Source: an uncultured Alphaproteobacteria bacterium (GTDB lineage Bacteria > Pseudomonadota > Alphaproteobacteria > Rhizobiales > Xanthobacteraceae). Taken from it: DNA of 64,000 nucleotides. The notes under the pieces were generated by a model. That model ran no database searches, was not told where the DNA came from, and worked only from the letters and a program-made list of their open reading frames with translations. Shown here one piece after another: positions 18,460 to 28,006 of the stretch (position 1 is the stretch's first letter; each line of letters starts with the position of its first letter). Location: positions 5,782-69,781 of the forward strand of contig CAWHZA010000062.1 of the NCBI GenBank assembly GCA_963833665.1, given 5' to 3'. The translations under genes and the position numbers were made by a program.

Positions 18460-20902
18460 TCAGGCCTTCTTTTTCAAACCTGCCAGAACCGCCTCTGCCG
18501 TGATCGGCATATGCCGCACGCGTACGCCGACAGCGTTGTAGATCGCGTTGGCGACCGCCGGGGCCACAACCGTGGACCCGGGCTCGCCGACACCGCTCGG
18601 GTGGTGGCCCGAATCAATCAGCTCCACATCGATCGGTGGCACATCAGCCAGACGGATCGGTGTGTAGTCATGGAAGTTGCTCTGCTCGAACGCACCGTCC
18701 TTAAGGGTCAGCCGCTCGGCCATGACCTGGCTCGCACCCCAGAGCGCCGACCCCTGGATTTGCGCTTTGGCACAGAGCGGATTGATCACAGTGCCCGGAT
18801 CCATTGCGATGGTGAGCCGGTTGATCTTGTAACGGCCGGTCTTGGGATCGACCGTGACCTCCGCGATGCCGGCGACCCAGGTTGGGCTCTGCCGTTCCTC
18901 GGCGGAGGATACGGCGATGCCCATTCCGGTGTTGGGTGGCAGCTTCTTTGCGCCCCAACCTGCCCTTCCAGCCGCGACCCGCAGGCAATTGGCGAGGCGC
19001 AAGGCTCCGCCAACGGTCGTGGATTCGTAGAGCGGCCAGGAGTTGTCGTTCGGCCACGGCAGCGAGATCCACAGCCGATCCATATAGTAGTCCGAGGGCG
19101 TGCCCGGGGCGTAGCCGGAATTGGGAATGCCCCGGCTGCTGCCCTTGCCGTTGAGCAGGGCCAGGCGGAATTCCAGCGGATCGCGGTCGAGCGCGTGTGC
19201 CACCTCGTCCATGAACAATTCGACCACGAACATATTGTACGAGTTCGAAACCGTACGTAGTGCGCTGGCCTGCACGGCCCAGGTGGTACGGTCGCTGTCG
19301 AAGGCGCGGACGCGATTGTTCTCGACGTCGTACCAATGGTCGCTGCCGCCGATCGACCACTGATCGATGTCCTCCTTCTTGGCGTCCCAGGAATCGAGCT
19401 GCAGCCAGTCGGTCCCGAATTTCTTACCGACTGAGAAGCGGGCGCCCATCCAGCCGCAGCAGATGTCATGGTCCATGGCCACGAGCTGGCCTTTCTTCAG
19501 ACCGGCCTTAAGCTTGTGGTAGGTCGGCGTGCGCGCGAAACTGGTTGCGAACGTCGACTTCGCGGGTCTGGATCAGCTTGACCGGGCGGCCGACTTCCTT
19601 GGCGCAGTACGCCGCCGCCAGGATCTCGTCGTAGTCCTGCTTGCCGCCGAAGCCGCCGCCAACCAGGCTCTCGTGCACGTAGATCTTGATGTCCTCCGGC
19701 TTCTGACCCAGCACTTTCGACAGATAGGCGGTCAGGGTCATGCGCGCGAAGGATGTGCTCTGCGTTCCGCTGTAGACATGCCAAGCACCGTCGACGAACT
19801 GCACGGTCGCGTTGAGCGGCTCCATGGTCGCGTGGCACACCATGTCGGTGGTGTACTCCATTTCCAGGACCTTCTCGGCTCCCGCCAGACCCTTGTCGAC
19901 GTCACCTTCGAGCACCCAATTGGCGCCGGCCGCGGGGTTTTTGGTCGCTTGCGCAAATTCCGAGAACAGGTCGTTCGAGCCGAGCCCGCCATAAGGCCCG
20001 GGGTCGACCTGGACTTTCAGGGCCTGAGCGGCCTTTACAGCAGCCGGGAACTTCTCGGCCACCGCCACGACCCAGCCGGTGCACTTGCCCATGCTGTCGT
20101 CCACCTTCACGGCCTTGACGAATTCCGGAATCTTGCGCGCCTCGGAATTGTCAATGCTCTGCACCTTGGAGCGGTAGCGCGTGCGCGGCACGACGAGCGC
20201 GCCATAGACCATGTTCGGCAGGAACACGTCGATACCGTACTTCGCCTGCCCGTTGGTCTTGGCGGGGATGTCGAGAGCCGGGATCGATTTGCCGATGATG
20301 CTGTAAGTCCCCGGCGCCTTGAGCTTGATCGCCTTGAAATCTTCGGGGTAGGCGAACTTGCGGTCGATCTTCACCTGCCGAATGATCTCGCCATAACCGA
20401 TGGAGCGGCCCGAGGCGCGGTCGATCACGCGAGAATTCGCTGCTGTGCAGTCCGCCTCCCTTGCGCCGATGACCTTGGCTCCAGCCTCGATCAACGCCAT
20501 GCGGCCGGCCGCGCCTGCGCGTGACAGGCGGTCGAACTCGGTGGTGACGCTGCCGCTGTTGACCGTGTAGGCGAGGCCGTAGATGGCAAAGTTTTCGACG
20601 CTCTCTAGCGGCGAGTTGAGACGCACATCGTCCCATTTGACCTCGAGTTCCTCGGCGATGATCTGGGCGAGCCCGGTGCCAACGTGCTGGCCCATCTCGG
20701 CCTTCACGATATGCATCGTTACTTTGCCGTCGGGCGTCAGCGTAAACCAGATCGACGGCGTGAAGCCGGACATGGCGTCTGCCTTGGCAGTGCCGCTGCC
20801 AAGGACCGGTAAGCCAATGCTCATGAAGGTGCCGGCGGCGGTCGCCGCGGAACGGACCAGAAATTCGCGCCGGGTCGCTGCAGACGGTGTGAACCTAAGC
20901 AT
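18460..20902 (-). pseudogene. molybdopterin-binding oxidoreductase subunit (IorB / xanthine dehydrogenase family), one frameshift
   Basis: Tat-type N-terminus (TRREFLVRSAATAAG), and family-typical sequence through both ORFs 19508-20902 and 18460-19482. The join ...KLIQTREVD / FATSFARTPTYHKLKAGLKKGQLVAMDHDICCGW requires a 1-nt shift near 19550. Confidence 0.8.
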
Positions 20903-21390
20903 GAACTTGCTCCGTCATTCGTGGTCTCGGCGGCCCGATTCATGATCTCGCCGGCCCGCTTGACGGCACCGACGATGCGCGAGTAGGTGGCGCAGCGACA
21001 GAGATTGCCGGTCATACCGTCGACGATCTGCTGCTCGGTCGGATTCGGATTCTTCGAAAGTAACGCGGCCGCCTGCATGATCTGGCCGGATTGGCAGTAG
21101 CCGCATTGCGGCACCTGGTGTTCGATCCACGCCTGCTGTACTGGGTGGGCGTTGACCGGATTCAGGCCTTCAATGGTCGTGATCATTGAGCCTTCAACCG
21201 CGCTGACGGGAATCGAGCAGGAACGCACCGCCTGCCCGTCGATGTGCACCGTGCAGCTACCGCACAGGCCGATTTCGCAGCCGTACTTGGTGCCGGTGAG
21301 TCTGAGGTCCTCCCGGATCACCCACAACAGCGGGGTGTCGGGAGGGGCGTCGGCGAAGTAGCTTTGACCGTTAATCGTCAAGTTCGGCAT
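20821..21390 (-). CDS. (2Fe-2S)-binding subunit (IorA-type)
   Basis: GTKYGCEIGLCGSCTVHIDG and CGYCQSGQIM...NLCRCATY motifs. The ORF runs about 35 residues past the usual C-terminus and overlaps the iorB start by 82 nt. Confidence 0.85.
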   Translation of the reverse strand: MPNLTINGQSYFADAPPDTPLLWVIREDLRLTGTKYGCEIGLCGSCTVHIDGQAVRSCSIPVSAVEGSMITTIEGLNPVNAHPVQQAWIEHQVPQCGYCQSGQIMQAAALLSKNPNPTEQQIVDGMTGNLCRCATYSRIVGAVKRAGEIMNRAAETTNDGASSCLGSHRLQRPGANFWSVPRRPPPAPS

Positions 21391-21445
21391 GGGTTATTAC
21401 CTCCTTCATCAAGGATCGGTGGGTCACCACTAGCGGCACATCCGC

Positions 21446-22714
21446 TCATCGCTGTTTGACCAAGGGGCATCCGCCTTCGTCCAGGGGACGAAAGGCCTGA
21501 TCGCCCGGAATGGTCGACAGGATCTTGTAATAGTCCCAGGGGCCGGTCGATTTCGCCGGCGTCTTGACCTGCACGAAATACATGTCGTGAACCATACGAC
21601 CGTCTTCGCGCACCCTGCCGTTCTTCGCATAGAAATCGTTGACGGGGATCTCGCGCATCTTGGCCATTACCGCCTTCGCCTCGTCCGTACCGGCCGCTTC
21701 GATCGCGGTCAGATAGTGTCGGATCGCGGAATAGACGGCGGCCTGTGCCATAGTCGGCATACGCTTGTGCAACTCGAAGAAGCGCTTCGACCAGGCTCGG
21801 CTCTCATCGTCTCGGTCCCAGTAGAACGCTGTGACGAAGGTGAGACCCTGTGCAGCCTTAAGCCCAACGCTATTGACATCGGTGATGAAGGTGAGCAGCG
21901 ACACGACGGTCTGGCCAGCGCGCGTCAATCCGAATTCGTTGGCCTGCTTGGTGGCGTTAGTCATATCGCCACCGGCGTTGGCCATCGCTACGACCTTGGC
22001 CCCGGATGCCTGTGCCTGCAGCAAGTACGCACTGAAATCAGCGGTGTTCAGGGGATGGCGAGCGCTGCCGAGTACCTTTCCCCCACTCGCGACGACCGCG
22101 CTTGTGGCATCGGCCTCGAGCGAATGGCCCAGCGAATAGTCGACGGTGATGAAGTACCAGGTGTCCTGGCCTCGCGCCACCACTGATCGCGCGAGTGTGT
22201 TAGTGAGCGCGTAAGCGTCGTAGACCCACGCGGCTTCGTTGGGTGTGCAGGACTTCCCCGTAAAAGCCGTCGTTCCAATTGCGCCGGCGATTGCGATTCG
22301 GTTCTTCTGGAACGCGAGCTGTTCAACCGCGAGCGCAACCGACGAGTTGTCGAAACCGATCACCATGTCGACCTTGTCGGCGTCGAACCATTGGCGCGCG
22401 ATCGAGGCGCCGATGTCGGCCTTACTCTGATGGTCCGCTGCCAAGATATCGACCGGCTTGCCAAGCACCTTCCCACCGACGTCCTCGATCGCCATGCGCG
22501 CTGCGATGACCGAGCCCGGACCGCCTAGATCAGCGTACACGTTGGATTGGTCATTGAGGACGCCGATCCGAACGACATCGTCGGAAATCTGCGCCGTCGC
22601 TGCGCCGACGCGAATGACAGTCGTCGCCAGCAAGCCCATAGCAAGGGGGACACCAAGCCGCACAGGCCGCCCTACCTGCCGCCGATCCCATCGGATCGCA
22701 GCGGTAATACTCAA
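21446..22714 (-). CDS. ABC transporter substrate-binding protein (LivK / branched-chain amino-acid type)
   Basis: VRIGVLNDQSNVYADLGGPGSVIAARMAIEDVGGKVLGKPVDILAADHQSKADIG...WYFITVDYSLGHSLE matches Peripla_BP_6-type binding proteins. Uninterrupted 422-aa ORF. Confidence 0.85.
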   Translation of the reverse strand: MSITAAIRWDRRQVGRPVRLGVPLAMGLLATTVIRVGAATAQISDDVVRIGVLNDQSNVYADLGGPGSVIAARMAIEDVGGKVLGKPVDILAADHQSKADIGASIARQWFDADKVDMVIGFDNSSVALAVEQLAFQKNRIAIAGAIGTTAFTGKSCTPNEAAWVYDAYALTNTLARSVVARGQDTWYFITVDYSLGHSLEADATSAVVASGGKVLGSARHPLNTADFSAYLLQAQASGAKVVAMANAGGDMTNATKQANEFGLTRAGQTVVSLLTFITDVNSVGLKAAQGLTFVTAFYWDRDDESRAWSKRFFELHKRMPTMAQAAVYSAIRHYLTAIEAAGTDEAKAVMAKMREIPVNDFYAKNGRVREDGRMVHDMYFVQVKTPAKSTGPWDYYKILSTIPGDQAFRPLDEGGCPLVKQR

Positions 22715-22844
22715 TCACCTTCCGCCGTCGCCGTCAATTATAGTGGCGACTTCTGACCCGCCTGGGACGATGCCGTCGTCATGCTTCCAGGACGAACTCG
22801 CCGAGATCGCGAGGGCCGGTTATGCCGAGGCAGCCTCGACCGGT

Positions 22845-22946
22845 TCTAAACTGACGTGCCAATCGCGTGGCGCGTGTCTGCTTTGAGGGGGGAGAGCGGA
22901 AGTGGCGCGGAACTCGCTGCAATGTCGCAGTTTGACCCGAAGCGGA
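22845..22946 (+). repeat. REP-like repeat, copy A
   Basis: ctaaactgacgtgccaatcgcgtggcgcgtgtctgctttgaggggggagagcggaagtggcgcggaactcgctgcaatgtcgcagtttgacccgaagcgga aligns with 56554-56658, roughly nine in ten positions by eye. It ends exactly where a GTGCG motif starts. Confidence 0.85.
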
Positions 22947-23500
22947 GTGCGCCAGGATAAGCTGGCAAAGAATAGGAGGTGTAAGTCCTTCACGGGGTAA
23001 GGCTAGCCAACCGCCCCGACCCCGAGTGATGCGCGTCGTCTCGTGAGGGCCGACGTGAAGCGTTCACAGGGGAGACCACGGGCCGAGTATTGAGCTGCGA
23101 AACGGGTCTAATTCCGAGGTGCCGATCTAGTTCGCTGACGAGAAGGCAACATCGTCTCATGGCAAATGGCTTGCATGAGAAGAGCCTCGCGCAGTCGGAG
23201 ACCTTGTGCACGTGGAGACGTTCTTTGCGCGGAACCTGGGAGATCTCGTCCACGCCCGGACGCTATGTCGGGCCGGCTCGGGAAGGCCACAAGCCGCACG
23301 CCGAGCATGCACGTGGATGAGAAGTCGGATGAGGCTACAGTACCGAGGAAGCGGCCGAACAAAGGGAGGCAACTTCCAGCGGAGGTCGTGGAGGGAAGGG
23401 TCTCACCCAAGGGAAACAGCCGACAGACGGCCGTGGTTCGGACACTGAGCCGAGTTGTCACGTCGATCCGATTGGCGGCTGTGCGCCGGACCGCATGCGA
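22947..23500 (+). mobile_element. group II intron, 5' fragment (ribozyme 5' part plus first ~60 codons of the intron-encoded protein)
   Basis: Starts GTGCGCCAGGATAAGCTGG, fitting the GUGYG 5' consensus. The ORF from ATG 23307 gives MHVDEKSDEATVPRKRPNKGRQLPAEVVEGRVSPKGNSRQTAVVRTLSR...AAVRR, the characteristic N-terminus of bacterial group II intron reverse transcriptases. No RT domain follows. Confidence 0.55.
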
Positions 23501-23619
23501 TTTTCAAACCGCGCGCGGCGACGTTCGACCCGAGGGAGGAGCCCGGTGCGTTAGCAGCGCACGCCGGGATCTGTGCGGGGGGCGAGGAGTAATCCTCGTC
23601 CCTTGTACGTTGCGGGTTG

Positions 23620-24990
23620 CTTAGTAAATAAACACGTTTGCTGAGCAGCAAGGAGAACGGTGAGCCTCTTGCGTCCCTTTGGCGAATGAGCCTGTGCGGT
23701 AGATTAGGCCCCGTTTTTCCAAGCTCCGCTGTTCAGACTGGACGGTATCCTGGGACGCGCAAGAGCGTAGATCCTGCGTACAAGGTTGCTCGAAGCGGAG
23801 CTCGTGCTGCAGAGACGAGATGGAGGGATAAGACAGTGATCGACGGAATATTGGGTATCGACGTTTCCAAGAATACGCTCGACGTGAGCATCTCCAGCTG
23901 CAGCAAGGTGCGCACCAAGAGCTTTGCAAATACATCTGACGGGTGGCACCATCTTTTGGATTGGCTGGTCGCCCAAAAGATCCGACGAGTTCACGCCTGT
24001 CTGGAATCGACCGGGCGCTATAGTCTTGGCATCGCGTGTGCGTTGTACGAGGCCGGTCATATTGTCAGCATCATCAATCCCGCTCAGGTTCGAGACTTCG
24101 TGCGCACCAAGTTGGGTCGAAACAAGACCGACGGGATCGATGCGTCGCGCATTCGTGAGTATTGTGAATTGTTCAAGCCGTTGCCATGGGCGCCGCCTTC
24201 GGAGGCGCACCGTCGGTTGGGTGAGTTGCAGACGATTCGGAGTGGCATTATCGCGGGTCTGACGGAATGGAAGAATCGCAAGAACAGCGGCATTGTCGAC
24301 GCGGAGGCTCAAGCCCTGGCCGATGCGACGATCTTGCACTTCACGAGCCAGATCGGAGCGGTCGACAAAGCCATCGCACTGGCGATCGAAAATGATTCCG
24401 ACCTGCGATCGAAACGCGATCTTCTGCTAAGCATCAGTGGCGTTGGTGATACTTTGGCTGGCGTCGTGTTGGCCGAATTGCCTGGTCCGAATGTACTGCA
24501 CTCGAGCGGCGAGGTGGTTGCCTATGCGGGATTGAACCCGCGGCAGCATCAGTCGGGAACGTCTGTCGATCGAGCGACACGTATCTCCAAGATTGGCAAC
24601 GCTGTTCTTCGCGCTGCACTATACATGCCGGCCCTATCCGCCATGCGGTACAATCCCGCAATCGTGGCGCTAGTAACTCGGTTGAAGTCCCGAGGTCGCC
24701 TCAAACCCAAGCAGATTGTCGTGGCCGCGATGCGGAAGCTGTTGGTGCTGTGTTTCGGTGTTCTAAAAACGGGCAAACCTTTCGATCCCGCAATAGCGAT
24801 GGGCTGTTGAGCCATATCCAGGGATCGATCGCATGCATCCCAGCGGGAAAATGCGGAGCCGAGGCATCACGACCCAGCCATTTCGTCGAAGATGCATGCG
24901 AATTACTGAATAAACTTCGTTCTTTCGTCGATCATTTTCTTAGCGATGCCTTTGGCACTTCCTGGACAATGAGATGATGAAGAAAGCCAT
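23620..24990 (+). mobile_element. IS110-family insertion sequence (ends very approximate)
   Basis: Transposase gene with about 215 bp of upstream non-coding DNA starting at an AT-rich break (tagtaaataaacacg, about 23620), and a low-GC tail after the stop. Ends could not be defined from a single copy. Confidence 0.35.
23836..24810 (+). CDS. IS110 family transposase
   Basis: GTG at 23836 is 7 nt after GGAGGG. VIDGILGIDVSKNTLDVS..., ESTGRYSLG, NKTDGIDASRIREY and C-terminal SISGVGDTLAGVVLAEL...SGTSVDRATRISKIGN motifs. Confidence 0.9.
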   Translation: MIDGILGIDVSKNTLDVSISSCSKVRTKSFANTSDGWHHLLDWLVAQKIRRVHACLESTGRYSLGIACALYEAGHIVSIINPAQVRDFVRTKLGRNKTDGIDASRIREYCELFKPLPWAPPSEAHRRLGELQTIRSGIIAGLTEWKNRKNSGIVDAEAQALADATILHFTSQIGAVDKAIALAIENDSDLRSKRDLLLSISGVGDTLAGVVLAELPGPNVLHSSGEVVAYAGLNPRQHQSGTSVDRATRISKIGNAVLRAALYMPALSAMRYNPAIVALVTRLKSRGRLKPKQIVVAAMRKLLVLCFGVLKTGKPFDPAIAMGC

Positions 24991-25041
24991 CTAGTTATTA
25001 GGTCGAATGACCAATCGACGTTCGAGAGCTTAAGTGTGTCC

Positions 25042-25353
25042 TCAAATAGCTTGCGAGCTGCCCGAGAAGTCACGGCCTGCGCACGCTAGTGCTATCGTCT
25101 CGTACATGAGGCCGAGATTGAGATATGCTTGTCGCTCTGGATGACCTTCAGCAACATTACGCAGCGCTTCCGAGGCTTCCGGTACCAATTCGTACTTTTC
25201 CGCGTACACCAGACCCTCAACTAGATTGGCGTAAATCCCAGCGTTGTCTGGTGCGAGCGATGCCGCGGCACGAAGTTCCACCAGGCCCTTGATTAATATC
25301 ACCCACGTCGAGGAAAAATTCTCCGCGATAATCGCGAAATCGGCGCGGGGCAT
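25042..25353 (-). CDS. hypothetical protein (possibly a helical-repeat fragment)
   Basis: 103-aa ORF in a lower-GC stretch. No family recognised and no clear start context. Confidence 0.25.
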   Translation of the reverse strand: MPRADFAIIAENFSSTWVILIKGLVELRAAASLAPDNAGIYANLVEGLVYAEKYELVPEASEALRNVAEGHPERQAYLNLGLMYETIALACAGRDFSGSSQAI

Positions 25354-25392
25354 CCAAAGGGCGATTAATGGCCGCGTGTGCTCTTATCGGCC

Positions 25393-25596
25393 ATGCCCGA
25401 GCGCCGCTTTCCGCCCTGGTCCGCCGACGAGACCGACGCCTGCTTAATTGTCCGCGACGCGAACGGGCAGGCGCTCGCCTACGTCGATTTCGAGGACGAG
25501 CCGGGCAGGCGCTCGGCTGCGCACTTGCTCGCCCGCGACGAGGCCCGCCGCATCGCGGCGAACATTGCAAAGCTGCCTGAACTGCTGCAGCATTAG
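25393..25596 (+). CDS. small conserved hypothetical protein
   Basis: MPERRFPPWSADETDACLIVRDANGQALAYVDFEDEPGRRSAAHLLARDEARRIAANIAKLPELLQH. I recall this pattern as a widespread small protein in Rhizobiales. A decayed paralogue lies at 13284-13430. Confidence 0.6.
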   Translation: MPERRFPPWSADETDACLIVRDANGQALAYVDFEDEPGRRSAAHLLARDEARRIAANIAKLPELLQH

Positions 25597-25617
25597 CAAG
25601 CGAAGAGGGGTAATCTC

Positions 25618-25770
25618 GTGAACCACAGCGCCGCCGAACTCGACCAGACCGACGAAGATTTCTTCTGCGAAGCCTCCGACGAGACACTTGAGGCAGCGGC
25701 GGGCACCCCCATCGGGGGCCGAGCCATGGTGACTGTTGGACCAACGATCTTGATTGGGGGGTGCTGCTGA
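25618..25770 (+). CDS. 50-codon small ORF, acidic N-terminal half and hydrophobic Cys-Cys terminus
   Basis: GTG at 25618 is 8 nt after AGAGGGG and 21 nt after the previous stop. Peptide: (M)NHSAAELDQTDEDFFCEASDETLEAAAGTPIGGRAMVTVGPTILIGGCC. Below the ORF-track length cut-off. Confidence 0.4.
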   Translation: MNHSAAELDQTDEDFFCEASDETLEAAAGTPIGGRAMVTVGPTILIGGCC

Positions 25771-26421
25771 CTTGGGGATGGTTGAGCGCGGGCGGCTGAA
25801 GACGAGATAATGCGACGATCGCATTTGAAGCGCGGCGTCCTAACTGCAGGACCATCCTACGAGTGACGTGGATTGGCTGGCATTGTGGGCTGAGTTTGCA
25901 CAGGCCATAGATAACGAGCAGCTCGAAGTTGCCGAGCGCATTATTACCGACTACTCCGGCGACCACGGCACCAATAGGCCCGGCCACCGCAACGCCAGTC
26001 CCAACACCCTACATCTAACGATCTTTCATGACGAACGGCAACAGGGCGGACGCGACCATGACCCCGGCCAAGACTTGCACAAAGCAAACCGGATGGCCGC
26101 CATTGCCCATGACGGCCAAAAGAACCATAGCGGCCAAGATACTACCGGCTTGGACTAGGCGTTTCGGTTCCATTGCGTTGCTGGACATTATACCGCGCAT
26201 CCGGGTCGTGATCCGGTCGAAAGACCTCCACGTCTTATGTTATTCGAGAGCATTTCGTGTAAGCTCTGTCTCGTCGCGGGTGAAGGGGCCAGTATGTAAC
26301 AGATCGCGGAGCCGCGCGACAAAGGAAACTCGGCGTCTTGCTCTGGCGGCAGTGGCCACCACGTGCTCCTCGCTGACGGCATCAGTTTAATCGCGCGCGT
26401 CAAGCGGGCAGGGGAGGTCAA

Positions 26422-26883
26422 ATGACAACAAATTCTGATCGCGCACCCGCAAGCAGCGCCGTTGCCTATGGTCCTGCGAGAAGAAGCCCGTTTAAATACG
26501 TGCCCGGTTTCTTGTACATCCTAGCTCTGTACATAGCTGGCAGTTTCATCATTCCCGATCCCAGAACTAGTTGGGAGTTGTGGGACGGGTATCACATCTC
26601 TTGGGTCGAGGTTCTCCTGGTCGCCGCCGCCATGATGGCAATCGCCGAGCAGTTGAAAGTATCGCATCCTGGGGTCGACAACACCATAGAAGCAATCTTG
26701 ATGGCCGCCATCGCCGCCGTTCAGGTGTTACTTTTTGCTCTTGGGGCAGCCGGCGTCAAATACCTCGGCATCTTCAACAACACTGAGTTTGTGATGCTGA
26801 CTTTGATCAGCATGACACAGGCTGTGATCGGGGTCTTGATTAATGCCAGAACGTTGCGGCGCTCGATCGACGTAACTTCTTGA
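26422..26883 (+). CDS. hypothetical integral membrane protein
   Basis: 153-aa ORF with four hydrophobic segments. ATG follows GGGGAGG. Confidence 0.55.
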   Translation: MTTNSDRAPASSAVAYGPARRSPFKYVPGFLYILALYIAGSFIIPDPRTSWELWDGYHISWVEVLLVAAAMMAIAEQLKVSHPGVDNTIEAILMAAIAAVQVLLFALGAAGVKYLGIFNNTEFVMLTLISMTQAVIGVLINARTLRRSIDVTS

Positions 26884-26956
26884 TGACTGGCGGACGCACC
26901 GGTGGCCGCTAGGTGAACGGCCGCCAGGGCCCCATCTTTGGGACGTACAGGGTTGC

Positions 26957-27175
26957 GTGAAGGAGCGTACCGTGGCCAGCCGCCCGTCCCGGTCGAAGAA
27001 GCCGAAGCGGCCAGCCTGGGAGGTCTACCGCCTCAAGGGGTCACCGGCCGCGTTCTTCGGCCGCCACAAGGGGTCGCCGGCTGCGTTCGTCGGTGTCGTG
27101 TATGCCGAGGACGAGGAGGGCGCAATCGCGGTGGCAATCGAGGAACACAACGTCAGGATGGTTTGTGTCAGCTGA
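26957..27175 (+). CDS. small basic hypothetical protein carrying an in-frame 33-bp tandem duplication
   Basis: ...WEVYRLKGSPAAFFGRHKGSPAAFVGVVYAEDEEGAIAVAIEEHNV... The duplicated DNA units are 27034-27060 and 27067-27093. Confidence 0.45.
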   Translation: MKERTVASRPSRSKKPKRPAWEVYRLKGSPAAFFGRHKGSPAAFVGVVYAEDEEGAIAVAIEEHNVRMVCVS

Positions 27176-27863
27176 CCATCGACATAGACGCGGATGGCGG
27201 CGAGCTCGCTCTCGCTACTAGCTCTGACACTGCCTACGCGGCGGCCATTCTTCGCCGCAGGATCTAGCACAAGCTCGGCCAACGGCGGGGCCTGAACCGC
27301 ACTTGGTGGTGGAGGTACCTTTTCCCGGGCAACAACGGCAATAGCGAGACCTGGCCGACGCAGCGTCGCCTCAAACTGATTGAAGCGATGTAAGCCCGGC
27401 ATCCCGGCAAAGCGAACTTGCACAGCCTGCGCGCCTTCATATGTGGCATCAAATTGCCCGTCATCTGTCGCGACTATGATTTCGTCATCGACATACGCGC
27501 CGATCAGCACGAGCTTTGCGTCATCAGTACTAAAGACGAAGAAGCGCCCGTCGCTGTTGAGCTGAACAAGGTGCCGGTTGTCAGGGGAAAAACGGGGTCG
27601 AGATCGTCCGGACCCAACGCGTTGTAATCCCCCTCCCCCAACGCGCAGTTTAGCTCCGGCTGGTCACCCCTGCTCAATGTACGGAGTTCGCCTTCAAGAG
27701 CCGCAAAGCGTCTCCGCAAATCGGCGGACAGTCGCTTTGCGTTAGCATCCGGCGCTCCTTCTAGAATTGAGCGCTCAGGTCTCCGGTACTCTCGTCTCGC
27801 CTGCCGACCGGATCGACCGCTTTGTGACGCAGGGGTATGTGGGCAGCGGTGCACTCCACCCAT
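27025..27863 (-). pseudogene. hypothetical protein with beta-propeller-like repeat, frameshifted
   Basis: Reverse frames give ...ALGEGDYNALGPDDLDPV and then FSPDNRHLVQLNSDGRFFVFSTDDAKLVLIGAYVDDEIIVATDDGQFDATYEG... The shift lies in the G4A5 run at 27584-27592. The 3' end is uncertain because it overlaps 26957-27175 antisense. Confidence 0.4.
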
Positions 27864-28006
27864 GGCTGTGGTCGGCTACGCGAGCGCGGCACAGCGCGCG
27901 GCAGGCGTCAGCCGCCTTGTCCTTCATGCGCTTATTCATTTCCTGCGCCCGGAAGATTGCCTCGCAGTCGACGAGAGCGACGCGCGCCCGAGTTTCGCAG
28001 CGTGGC

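Noticed and set aside
25217-25987. 256-aa minus-strand ORF spanning the small-gene region
   Set aside because: It is Arg/Pro-rich and antisense to the conserved small protein at 25393-25596. Only a short glycine-zipper-like stretch near its start (AGPIGAVVAGVVG) looks protein-like, and that stretch is flanked by in-frame stops upstream.
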